Of a stretch of 19,241 nt of DNA, positions 8,329 to 16,888 are shown piece by piece (positions within the stretch are counted from its first letter, which is position 1; every line of letters starts with the position of its first letter). The notes below the pieces were generated by a model. The model was not told where the DNA came from and ran no database searches. It saw nothing but the letters and a program-made list of their open reading frames with translations. The stretch comes from Leptospirales bacterium (GTDB lineage: Bacteria > Spirochaetota > Leptospiria > Turneriellales > JAOUFE01), in the NCBI GenBank assembly GCA_040326155.1, contig JBEQLE010000018.1, positions 41,826 to 61,066 on the forward strand. Direction: 5' to 3'. The position numbers and the translations under genes are program-made.

Positions 8329-11300
8329 TTATGAAACTGTTAAAACTGGCTGGGTATTTACCGTTTCTTCTTTTTTGCGGCGAAGTTTTTCGGTATACTC
8401 TTTTAAGAAATAATCGATGGTTTCGACTCTAATCTTTATGGAACCGGTCGGATTATTTTCATCAATATCTTTAAAAGAAAAATGTGGAGTGTTTTGCGTC
8501 TCGACAATTTTTTCAATAGCAGAATATAAAGTGGAATCGTGTCCGCATTTAAAGCTGGAAAGTTCCAGTGGAATGAGGTTCGGGTGACGGGCTGTAAACT
8601 TCGCAGCCCAGATTTTCTGGGAACTGGCGGCTGAATATGAATTTTTCCAGACATCGGTAATATCCATGGGATGGTACTGCTCATCTCCGGGGTAGGAAAA
8701 CAGCTCTTTTAAAAACTCAGGATCTGTCGGAAGTGAATTTGTGGTCAAGATCGGATAACCCCGGCTCTGAAACTGTTCCAATATGGAATGATTCAGACCT
8801 TCATCATTATGATACACTCTTCCGAGCATTACAATGGCTACTCGCTTTTCTCGCTCCACCTGCCGAATAATTTGCAAGCCTTTTCTCTCCATGGATGATT
8901 TATATTTTTTAAGGGCATGAAAACCGGCTTTGACCGCAAAGTGGTTCTCTCGAATGTTCATATTAAACCGTTCACCAAAAGTATTGAAAAGTCCTTTTTC
9001 AGCAATGCCGGGAGAATCAAGAAACAATACGGGTTTTAAAAACTCTATATTTTTTTCGGCAAAAACATCCTTTTCTTTTGTATATGCTGAATAGGCCATT
9101 TCAGGGCCACCATTTGCAGTCGGACAAGCCCTGTGGTCAATGGCATTTACAATGCCCGAGTCGTAAGCGCTGATCATTGGAAAGAAAAGATAATTGTAAT
9201 GAGTTTGTTCCCATTTTTTTAGCAGGTTATAAATATGCGCCATAGATAACTTGGCAGGAAAACATGGATCGACAATACCGTTTCTAGAACCGTCTTTATA
9301 TAACTTTTCCGTAGAAAGATCACTGAAGATAATATTTTCAAAGGGAATACCCAAAAATTGAAAGTACGCCGTAAAAAATGGCTGTAACCCATACAGGTCT
9401 AAAGTACGCGGTATGGCAATTTTAATTTGATTACGATTTGTCTTCGCGCGATTCTTATTTGTTTTTTCCGCTTCCAGTTTCTTTTTATAAGAAAAAACTT
9501 TTTGCATGCGAGTTGCAGCGAGAGTTTGATCTTCCCAGACCACACGAGCCGCGACTTCAGATAGATTAAGATTCTCTTTCTTAATTTTCTCTGACTTCAA
9601 GCGAATTTCGCGTAGATCATTTTTTTCTTCCACTTCGCCTTTCTCACAAGGCGCAACAATAAAACGACGCGGTTGTGTTTCATGTTCCGTGTTAATATCG
9701 ATAAATGTACGAATGCATTTGTTTTTGCAAAAATTGCAACGAGTACTTTCATTGTATGTTGTTTTATACTCGATTGTTTCCGTTTCATCCAGGCCCAGAA
9801 ATGCTGTATTACCTTTGTTGGTTACCTTGGTTACCCTGGCCGCTTCTAGAGCCGCTCCTATAGCTCCACATACACTGGTGTGTCGGTGTATTATAACTTC
9901 CGGAGTTATGCCCGTCCCCTCAAATTTATCATGTAAATAGTCAACTTGAGATTTCGCCGCAGCAATATTTTTTTGCGTTCCACCCTGCAATACAAACCGT
10001 TTTCCCAAAATTGATGGGTTTGGTATCTGTGCTACATATTGCCAGATGTTTCGCGGTAAAACTTCCGCCAGGCCGGCCATAATTTCAGGGGCTTCCCAGC
10101 CCTGTCTTTGAAAATCTACGATATCTGTTTGTAAAAAAACTGCGCAACCATAACCAAATCTGGGGTTACGTTTCGCAGAAAAGGCAATCTGGGCATAATC
10201 TTCAACTTTATAACCAAACCCTTCTGCTGTGTTTTGCAAAAAGTATCCATTTCCTGCTGAACACTGGGTATTGAGTTTAAAATCTTTCACTTTTCCATTT
10301 TTAATATGAATTAATTTAATATCCTGTCCGCCGACATCTACAATAACGTCGATATCATTATAATAATGTTTTGCTGCAAGCGTATGCGCTACAGTTTCAA
10401 CAACAGCAACATCGCCGCCAACAATTTCTTTAATAAGGTCTTTCGCATAACCGGTCGTTCCAACGCCGAGTATTTCAAGTGTTGCGCCGGAACTCTCGAT
10501 GCTACTTCTCAGTGATTTTATAATTTCAATAACATCATCAATGGGGTTACCTTTCGATAATAGATACTCAGCGCCAATTAACTCTCCTTCGGGGTCAAGT
10601 AAAATGCCTTTGGTACTGGTAGAGCCGCCGTCTAAACCCAGATAAGCGATGACATTTTCTCCTTTGTAAAAAATGGGAGCTTCCCACTCAGGAGGAACAA
10701 ATTTATTCTTAAAATCGTAATACTCTGAGGTACGATCGGGCAAGTTCGAAGGTCCCTCAATGGATAAACGTCTTTTATCGATAAACGCCTTAAAATGTTC
10801 AGAGCCAGTGTACGTTGAGTTTACTTTATCAATATCATATTCACGGCGTACAAGAATGGACCCCATGGCTGCAAAATACTCACCCATATCAGGCGCATAA
10901 ATAAGTTCCTCAATAGAACGTGAAGCTACGTCCATTTTTTTTTCTTTCCATAGTAAAGAAAGATTATGGCGCCACGCTTCTTGCATGCCGGGTAAAAAAG
11001 TATTGGGTCCGCCAAGTAACATTACTTCGGGAGCCATCGTATTTCCGCGAGTCAAAACGCTGAGATTTTGTTGCACAATCGCGTCAAACAAAGATATCAT
11101 TAATTCATTTGGGGGAACGCCACTTTTTTGAAGAGAATTAATATCAGTTTCAGCAAACACACCGCATTTTCCAGCTACGGGATGAACCTTTTCAGGATCG
11201 TAGTGAATCTCTTTTAATTGATCAGGCGTGAGATTTAATTTCCCGGCAATTTTATCGATGACTGCGCCAGTACCGCCAGCGCATTTATCGTTCATGGTCA

Positions 11301-11703
11301 TTATCTTTTTAGTGCGATCTGTTTTTTCATCTCGCTTCAGTATAATAATTTTAGCATCTTGCCCGCCCAGCTCAATAACCGAAGAGACATTTGGGTATTG
11401 CGTTTGTACGGCGTTACTCACACAAAGGACTTCCTGAAAATATTGTGCGCCAACCGGTTCTACCAGGCCCGATCCACCGGAACCTGTAATCGAAATAGCA
11501 ATTTTGTCACTACCGGTATAAAACAGGTCGGGAAATTTAATTTCAAGATCGACAAGGTATTCCCAGAGCTTTTCAGCTTGCCGGGTTTCGTGTCTTTCAT
11601 AGCGCTGCCAGTGAGTTTTTAATTCACCATCTTCTTCTTCCTGAAAAACTCCTTTTACGGTAGTGGACCCAACATCGAGTCCAAGAAAATATTTTTTATC
11701 CAT
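8329..11703 (-). CDS. Tandem BadF/BadG/BcrA/BcrD (ASKHA) ATPase activator domains fused to a DUF2229-like reductase domain; PlsA/Ger-like
   Basis: Domain 1: GLDVGSTTVK, ITGSG, ELGGQDAK, MNDKCAGGTG, CGVFAETD. Domain 2: GLDGGSTSTK, GTTGY, ETVAH, DVGGQDIK, NTQCSAGNG, CAVFLQTD, QGGTQKN, GAIGAAL. Linker CNFCKNKC...PCEKG. C-terminal region IAIPR, CFPAKLSMAH, CPT, GRVYH, SFKCGHDS, IDEN. Start placed at ATG 11703, 1 nt after the upstream stop; 11730 is an alternative. Confidence 0.92.
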   Translation of the reverse strand: MDKKYFLGLDVGSTTVKGVFQEEEDGELKTHWQRYERHETRQAEKLWEYLVDLEIKFPDLFYTGSDKIAISITGSGGSGLVEPVGAQYFQEVLCVSNAVQTQYPNVSSVIELGGQDAKIIILKRDEKTDRTKKIMTMNDKCAGGTGAVIDKIAGKLNLTPDQLKEIHYDPEKVHPVAGKCGVFAETDINSLQKSGVPPNELMISLFDAIVQQNLSVLTRGNTMAPEVMLLGGPNTFLPGMQEAWRHNLSLLWKEKKMDVASRSIEELIYAPDMGEYFAAMGSILVRREYDIDKVNSTYTGSEHFKAFIDKRRLSIEGPSNLPDRTSEYYDFKNKFVPPEWEAPIFYKGENVIAYLGLDGGSTSTKGILLDPEGELIGAEYLLSKGNPIDDVIEIIKSLRSSIESSGATLEILGVGTTGYAKDLIKEIVGGDVAVVETVAHTLAAKHYYNDIDVIVDVGGQDIKLIHIKNGKVKDFKLNTQCSAGNGYFLQNTAEGFGYKVEDYAQIAFSAKRNPRFGYGCAVFLQTDIVDFQRQGWEAPEIMAGLAEVLPRNIWQYVAQIPNPSILGKRFVLQGGTQKNIAAAKSQVDYLHDKFEGTGITPEVIIHRHTSVCGAIGAALEAARVTKVTNKGNTAFLGLDETETIEYKTTYNESTRCNFCKNKCIRTFIDINTEHETQPRRFIVAPCEKGEVEEKNDLREIRLKSEKIKKENLNLSEVAARVVWEDQTLAATRMQKVFSYKKKLEAEKTNKNRAKTNRNQIKIAIPRTLDLYGLQPFFTAYFQFLGIPFENIIFSDLSTEKLYKDGSRNGIVDPCFPAKLSMAHIYNLLKKWEQTHYNYLFFPMISAYDSGIVNAIDHRACPTANGGPEMAYSAYTKEKDVFAEKNIEFLKPVLFLDSPGIAEKGLFNTFGERFNMNIRENHFAVKAGFHALKKYKSSMERKGLQIIRQVEREKRVAIVMLGRVYHNDEGLNHSILEQFQSRGYPILTTNSLPTDPEFLKELFSYPGDEQYHPMDITDVWKNSYSAASSQKIWAAKFTARHPNLIPLELSSFKCGHDSTLYSAIEKIVETQNTPHFSFKDIDENNPTGSIKIRVETIDYFLKEYTEKLRRKKEETVNTQPVLTVS

Positions 11704-11704
11704 A

Positions 11705-13360
11705 TTATAGTATTTTTCCTTTTTTGCCATTCATTGTCCAATAAAAATAATGGCTAAAATTCATTGCGTGACCTTTTTTTTCGGGAAATTTTTCAATAGC
11801 CGAAATGGGATTAGACATACTTTCTTTTAACTTGTTCCAGTCATCTAATGTATAATCGAATTCACCTAAAACCGCTTCAAGCTCATCGCGCATTTTTTCC
11901 CGGGCTTCACCCAAAGCCATCTGCACCCTGGAAAGAGCGTTAATCTTACCTTCACCTGAAGTTTCGACGGGTAAAAAAACCATATTGTCAAAATCTTCCA
12001 CAACTTTTGCTTGAATTGCATCTGAAATAGTCGAAGGCATACAACCAAACGGTTTTATCGATAAAACCATATGAGCTAATCTGTTTTTAGTATAATAAAT
12101 ATTTTTTGCAACTTCCAGAAAACCTTCACCGGAATCATATAACCGATCCATATATTTATCCCCAATTTTGGCAAGATACTCAATAGATGGAGTTTTACGT
12201 ACAAAACCTCCCATCCAGTCTGAGAAACGACTATAATAACGTCTGTAATACCAGTCGGCAAAGTCAATTTGCAGACGACTGACTTGAAATCTCCACTTTT
12301 TCTTTATAATCGAAATAGGGTTAAGCACAGAAAATTTATTGTCACCATTATTACCGGGTGAAATAAATTTTTCTTTTTCGAGACTTTTGGATAGCCACAA
12401 CAAATATGAAATCCAGGTACTGACTGGTTCTACAATAATTTCACAACCCTCTTCATGCAGATAAGAAAACATTTGGTAATTCCCGTCACCCTCGGTTAAG
12501 GCAGCCCAGAATTCTCCTGTAATTTTGACTACAGGTTTTGGGTTCATATAATCTACTTTTATATTTGCTATTTTTTGTTTACAGATTTCAAGAGCAGTTT
12601 TAATTTCGCCAGATTTTTTCTGATCTATTAAATTAACAATGATATCACCCAGGCCGCTTTTCAACAATTTTCTGGTTAATTTGCTTTCTAATTTTCTCAA
12701 TGGAGTTTTTCTGGAAAGATGTTCAATAACGATAGATTTACACTCTTTATAGACTTTTTCAGTTTCACCGGCATTTACTTCATATGGTTGAACTCTATAC
12801 CTCATGGCATTTAGAATATCGCCTACCATGACAGCATTTAAAATTGTACGATAAAACTCTAGATCCATTTTGATGCCAACATCATCACTGCTTGACTCCA
12901 TCCCTTCTCCGGTAGAGTTAATTAAGATCATCCGAAAGCCATGATAACCCGCTTTTTCTAAAGCATTCTGGTATTGGTATTCATACATACCAAAACGACA
13001 TGGTCCGCAAGAGCTGGCAAAAAAGAAGGCATAGTTTTCGACAATTTCCTGGGCGCTTAGCCCCTCTTTTCGAAGATTTTCAAGATAATGAAGTAAATTA
13101 CCTACCACAAAATAGGTTGGACTGCAAAGTCCAGAATCGCAAAACTCTTTACCACGTTGCATGGACTCATTGCGAGGTATGGGCAAAGCGGATGTATTAT
13201 AACCTAACGCACAAAAACTAGCCGCAATAATCTCATCAATGGCATTTGAAAGTCCGCCAACAAGGAACTTCATGTTCTTTTTTTTATTTGTGCTGAGCCT
13301 GGCAGGCTCTACTCGACGATAAGGAATCGATTTATTTTTTTCAGCGAAGGTGTTTTCCAA
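11705..13360 (-). CDS. 2-hydroxyacyl-CoA dehydratase (HgdAB/D)-like Fe-S reductase subunit; PlsR-like
   Basis: TTG start. Motifs GLCSPTYFVVGNL, SSCGPCRFGMYE, KPVVKITGEFW, GEGFLEV, KPFGCMPS and ETSGEG..NALSRVQMAL. Directly coupled to the activator gene. Confidence 0.88.
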   Translation of the reverse strand: MENTFAEKNKSIPYRRVEPARLSTNKKKNMKFLVGGLSNAIDEIIAASFCALGYNTSALPIPRNESMQRGKEFCDSGLCSPTYFVVGNLLHYLENLRKEGLSAQEIVENYAFFFASSCGPCRFGMYEYQYQNALEKAGYHGFRMILINSTGEGMESSSDDVGIKMDLEFYRTILNAVMVGDILNAMRYRVQPYEVNAGETEKVYKECKSIVIEHLSRKTPLRKLESKLTRKLLKSGLGDIIVNLIDQKKSGEIKTALEICKQKIANIKVDYMNPKPVVKITGEFWAALTEGDGNYQMFSYLHEEGCEIIVEPVSTWISYLLWLSKSLEKEKFISPGNNGDNKFSVLNPISIIKKKWRFQVSRLQIDFADWYYRRYYSRFSDWMGGFVRKTPSIEYLAKIGDKYMDRLYDSGEGFLEVAKNIYYTKNRLAHMVLSIKPFGCMPSTISDAIQAKVVEDFDNMVFLPVETSGEGKINALSRVQMALGEAREKMRDELEAVLGEFDYTLDDWNKLKESMSNPISAIEKFPEKKGHAMNFSHYFYWTMNGKKGKIL

Positions 13361-13470
13361 AATTCGTACGTTACCTATAAATGTATTATATGTAATCAGG
13401 TAGATTTAAGATAGAGTTACAAGTCTTTTTCTATAAAAATAATATTATTCTCGTCGGTTCCTTGAATAAC

Positions 13471-13500
13471 TTGACGCGGTATGAAGTAGAGAAAAAACGT
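13471..13500 (+). promoter_or_regulatory. Putative sigma70 promoter for purH
   Basis: TTGACG at 13471-13476, 18 nt spacer, weak -10 AAACGT (13495-13500). The ATG is at 13509 and there is no clear SD. Confidence 0.4.
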
Positions 13501-13508
13501 TTCTACAT

Positions 13509-15062
13509 ATGAATGGAAAAAAAATTACTAGAGCTATCATCTCAGTTTCTGATAAAACCGGACTTGTCGAATTTGCCGAAGAATTACGAAAATATGGAAC
13601 GGAAATTTATTCAACCGGAGGGACGTTAAAAGCCCTTTTAGACGGCAATGTGGAGGCCAAATCAATTGAAAGTTACACCAATTTTCCTGAGATTCTCGAC
13701 GGACGTGTAAAAACACTTCATCCCAAAATCTACGGCGGTATTCTTGCTCGCCGAGATATTGAAAGTCATGTGGCCAGCCTCACCGAACACGATATACTGG
13801 AATTTGACCTGGTTTGCATTAATTTATACCCTTTTGAAAAGGTAGTTCAAAGTGCCGATTTTTCCTTCGAAGACGCCATTGAAAATATCGATATTGGCGG
13901 ACCTACAATGATCAGAGCCGCTGCAAAAAACTACAAAGATGTTGCCGTGGTTATTGACCCATCCCAATATAATCTTATTATGGAACGTCTGAACGAAAAT
14001 GAAGGCGCTCTTTCAACGGAATTTCGATTTGAACTTTCCATAAAAGCATTTAACCGAACCGCAGTTTACGATTCAGTAATTTCTGGCTACTTAAATAAAC
14101 TACAAGGTGACGATCTACCGAATGATATGACGATTGGCCTTAAAAAAGTACAGAATCTTCGATATGGTGAAAACCCTCATCAAAAAGCGTCTTTTTATAC
14201 TCCAAGTAACCAGAAAGACTTACCCTGGAAATGCCTTCATGGAAAAGAGTTATCTTTCAATAACCTTCTCGATTTAGACGCAGCGATGCGAATTCTGGTA
14301 GATTTTAAAGAACCTTTGTGTGCTATCTTTAAACATACGAACCCATGTGGTGTTTCTGCGGCAAAAACACAGCCAGACAGTTTAAAAGAAGCAATGGCTG
14401 CAGACCCCGTCAGTTACTTTGGCGGAATTATCGCTTTTAACACTCGACTTGAGGCAGCTACAGCAGAAATTTTGAGCAAAGAGTTTGTAGAAATTATAGT
14501 CGCGCCTTCCTATGAAGAAGAAGCTTTTAACATTTTAGCCAAGAAGAAAAATGTACGAATCGTAGAAACAGTCAATTTAGATACTTTAAAAATAAATCAG
14601 ATGGATATGCGGACCTCCTCTTTCGGGTTTTTACTACAGGAGAACGACCGACGCAGTTCGACGAAAGAAGATATAAATATTGTATCCAAAGTTCAACCCG
14701 ATAATGAACAACTCGAAGAATTACTATTTGCCTTTAAGCTTGTTAAATCGATTAAATCGAATGCGGTAGTTTTTGCGAAAGGAAAACGAACACTCGCTGT
14801 GGGTGCCGGGCAAATGAGTCGTATTGATTCCATTAAAATAGCCATTGAAAAAGCGAAACAAGCGGGTCTTCCTTTAAAAGACAGTTATTTTGCTTCAGAT
14901 GCTTTTTTCCCATTTCGCGATGTAGTTGACCAGGCTGCCGCCATTGGCGTAAAAGGAATAATTCAACCAGGTGGCTCCATGCGAGATGAAGAGTCTACAG
15001 CAGCTGCCGATGAAGCCGGTCTCATTATGATACATACCGGAATACGACACTTTAAACATTGA
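13509..15062 (+). CDS. purH: Bifunctional AICAR formyltransferase / IMP cyclohydrolase
   Basis: RAIISVSDKTG, STGGT, GRVKTLHP, IDIGGPTMIRAAAKN, LRYGENPHQ, KHTNPCG, GAGQMSR, SDAFFPF, IQPGGS and TGIRHFKH. Confidence 0.98.
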   Translation: MNGKKITRAIISVSDKTGLVEFAEELRKYGTEIYSTGGTLKALLDGNVEAKSIESYTNFPEILDGRVKTLHPKIYGGILARRDIESHVASLTEHDILEFDLVCINLYPFEKVVQSADFSFEDAIENIDIGGPTMIRAAAKNYKDVAVVIDPSQYNLIMERLNENEGALSTEFRFELSIKAFNRTAVYDSVISGYLNKLQGDDLPNDMTIGLKKVQNLRYGENPHQKASFYTPSNQKDLPWKCLHGKELSFNNLLDLDAAMRILVDFKEPLCAIFKHTNPCGVSAAKTQPDSLKEAMAADPVSYFGGIIAFNTRLEAATAEILSKEFVEIIVAPSYEEEAFNILAKKKNVRIVETVNLDTLKINQMDMRTSSFGFLLQENDRRSSTKEDINIVSKVQPDNEQLEELLFAFKLVKSIKSNAVVFAKGKRTLAVGAGQMSRIDSIKIAIEKAKQAGLPLKDSYFASDAFFPFRDVVDQAAAIGVKGIIQPGGSMRDEESTAAADEAGLIMIHTGIRHFKH

Positions 15063-15085
15063 TCTGTTTTAGGCGAAACCACTGA

Positions 15086-16456
15086 GTGCAAACAAGAAAA
15101 CTACGTAAATTCCAGATTATCGAAGCAGAGTGCGCCGACTTCGTATCCGAAGGGCTTGGGCTTTCGCATATTAAAGCCTCCGCAGACGATTTTAAACCAT
15201 TAACCGGTTTTGTCTGGGGTGTTCTACCTGGAGAAAGGTTTCTGGCGAAAGTACTGCGCGTTCGCTCCAACCACTTTCACGCCTCGGTATTAAATTTAAA
15301 AGAAATTCCAGATGATGAAGAGTGGATTGGAAAAACCGACGGTAAATTAGAGTTTAAACACGACCGGTGGGCTCTGTTTAACGTTTCACCGGAACGCAAC
15401 GACCCTCCCTGCATAAGATTTACCGAATGCGGTGGTTGCAAAATGATGCATATGCCTTATGAAAAAACCGTCGACTTGAAAACCGACTGGTTTAAAGTTC
15501 AACTGGAGCGAGCGAATGTTACTTATAGCGATGATATTCAATCGATAAAATCAGATTCTCCGTTTTATTACCGCAACCATGTACAAATACATATTAATAA
15601 GCACAAAGAAAGGGGTTTTTACGCACCTGGTTCATACCGAACGATACCTTTTCCAGAAAAAGGGTGTCTTTTATTTCGACAAGACCTGGTGGACGCGGCA
15701 TTTCCTGAAGAACTTGAACTCGAAAGATGTGTACGTGTTCGTATCGACCCAGCGACAGGAAAAACACTTACCTGCTCGTTGAATACACCGGAAGACAAAA
15801 CGTCTGAATTCAAATACACCGTCGCCTACCCTGCACAAACATTGACCACGGTTGAAATTCCCAACCCTTCTTTTTTTCAGGTCAATTTAGAGTTTATCCC
15901 GATCTGGCTCGAAAAGATAAAACAACTTTTCGACAGTTTCGTAACCGAGAACGACCAGCCGGTTCGTGTTTTAGAACTTTTCTCTGGTGTAGGCTTTATT
16001 ACGAAAATGCTCTCTTATGATCGCAAGATTGAGTCACTGGGTGTTGATATCTTAAAGCCGACAGAAATAGAAAAAGTAAAAATAACAAACAATAAACTGG
16101 CTCAACCATCCATAGAAAACTTTGCCCGTAATTATATTCAATGTGACTTAAACAGGCTCGAAGCAATGGATGCTACGGATATAGAGAAAATACAAAATTT
16201 CAGTCCGCAGCTTTTAATTATTAATCCACCAAGAGGTGGTTTTGTACCAGAACAGTTTGAATTCTTACTGAAAGATATTTTAAAAGACAAACGATTACCG
16301 ATTATCTTTTCATCTTGTAACGGGTCAACACTTGCCAGAGATATAGCTTTTTTACAGACTAAAGAGTACCAGATGGAAAATACAACCCTGCTTGATTTTT
16401 TCCCATGGACATCTCACTATGAAATTCTAACTACCCTGCATGTTGCAGGTTCATGA
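15086..16456 (+). CDS. RlmD/TrmA-family RNA (uracil-C5) methyltransferase with TRAM domain and Fe-S motif
   Basis: TRAM-like N-terminus (EGLGL...GVLPGE), CIRFTECGGC Fe-S motif, YYRNH, SFFQVN, SAM motif LELFSGVG, NPPRGG, catalytic SCNGSTLARD and DFFPWTSHYE. The target nucleotide cannot be determined. Confidence 0.9.
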   Translation: MQTRKLRKFQIIEAECADFVSEGLGLSHIKASADDFKPLTGFVWGVLPGERFLAKVLRVRSNHFHASVLNLKEIPDDEEWIGKTDGKLEFKHDRWALFNVSPERNDPPCIRFTECGGCKMMHMPYEKTVDLKTDWFKVQLERANVTYSDDIQSIKSDSPFYYRNHVQIHINKHKERGFYAPGSYRTIPFPEKGCLLFRQDLVDAAFPEELELERCVRVRIDPATGKTLTCSLNTPEDKTSEFKYTVAYPAQTLTTVEIPNPSFFQVNLEFIPIWLEKIKQLFDSFVTENDQPVRVLELFSGVGFITKMLSYDRKIESLGVDILKPTEIEKVKITNNKLAQPSIENFARNYIQCDLNRLEAMDATDIEKIQNFSPQLLIINPPRGGFVPEQFEFLLKDILKDKRLPIIFSSCNGSTLARDIAFLQTKEYQMENTTLLDFFPWTSHYEILTTLHVAGS

Positions 16457-16467
16457 TCTAATTAGAT

Positions 16468-16725
16468 TTATCCCTCTTTAAGGGATTGAATAAGTTCATC
16501 GGCTTCCTTTTGTGAAAGCCATTTGGTCATTTCAGAAACTTCGGCCCCGGTTTCGTCCATAAAGTTTTGAATATACTTCAATAATTCATTATTTTCCAAC
16601 ATCCGATGCGCCACTAGAACCTCACCTAATTTTAACGTAGGGTTATCTTTTTGAATATTCAAAGCTTCTTGCAATTGCACGGGAGAAACGATATGTTTTT
16701 CGATTAAAAATTCACCAAACTTCAT
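16468..16725 (-). CDS. Small stand-alone MshEN-like (putative c-di-GMP-binding) protein, 85 aa
   Basis: Two tandem MshEN-type motifs, KFGEFLIEKHIVSPVQLQEALNIQ and KLGEVLVAHRMLENNELLKYIQNF, compared with the consensus RLGxxLLxxGLIxxxxLxxxLxxQ. It has its own TTGACA promoter. Confidence 0.75.
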   Translation of the reverse strand: MKFGEFLIEKHIVSPVQLQEALNIQKDNPTLKLGEVLVAHRMLENNELLKYIQNFMDETGAEVSEMTKWLSQKEADELIQSLKEG

Positions 16726-16730
16726 ACAAT

Positions 16731-16759
16731 AGGTTTTACAGCGGTTGTAAAGTTGTCAA
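16731..16759 (-). promoter_or_regulatory. Putative sigma70 promoter of the MshEN-like gene with an internal inverted repeat
   Basis: Perfect TTGACA (16759-16754), 17 nt spacer, AAACCT (16736-16731), then 5 nt before the ATG. Palindrome TTTACA-N5-TGTAAA at 16735-16751. Confidence 0.5.
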
Positions 16760-16850
16760 TTAAAAAATGCTTTTTGCCCATAACAAATAAATTAATTCTA
16801 ATTTCTGTAATTATAAGTCACGTATCGGTTTTAGTTCCACTTTATAAAAC

Positions 16851-16879
16851 TTGATTTACAAAAAACAGTTACGTTTAAT
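16851..16879 (+). promoter_or_regulatory. Putative sigma70 promoter for the MscS gene
   Basis: TTGATT (16851-16856), 17 nt spacer, TTTAAT (16874-16879). Confidence 0.5.
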
Positions 16880-16888
16880 TTTGCCCGA

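Noticed and set aside
10935..10943. Homopolymer tracts (T9 here; similar A/T runs elsewhere) as phase-variation sites
   Set aside because: Reading frames are intact and such runs are common Lys/Phe codon strings in AT-rich genomes.
8329..13360. Benzoyl-CoA reductase or amino-acid fermentation dehydratase interpretation
   Set aside because: The fused double activator with DUF2229-like domain and the absence of CoA-transferase, dehydrogenase or aromatic-degradation neighbours fit the Pls/Ger architecture better. Not formally excluded without a phylogeny.
13385..13396. Near-palindrome ATTATATGTAAT overlapping a minus-strand TATAAT upstream of the PlsR-like gene, considered as an anaerobic regulator site
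   Set aside because: It does not match FNR, Crp or Rex consensus and is expected by chance in AT-rich DNA. The TATAAT has no good -35.
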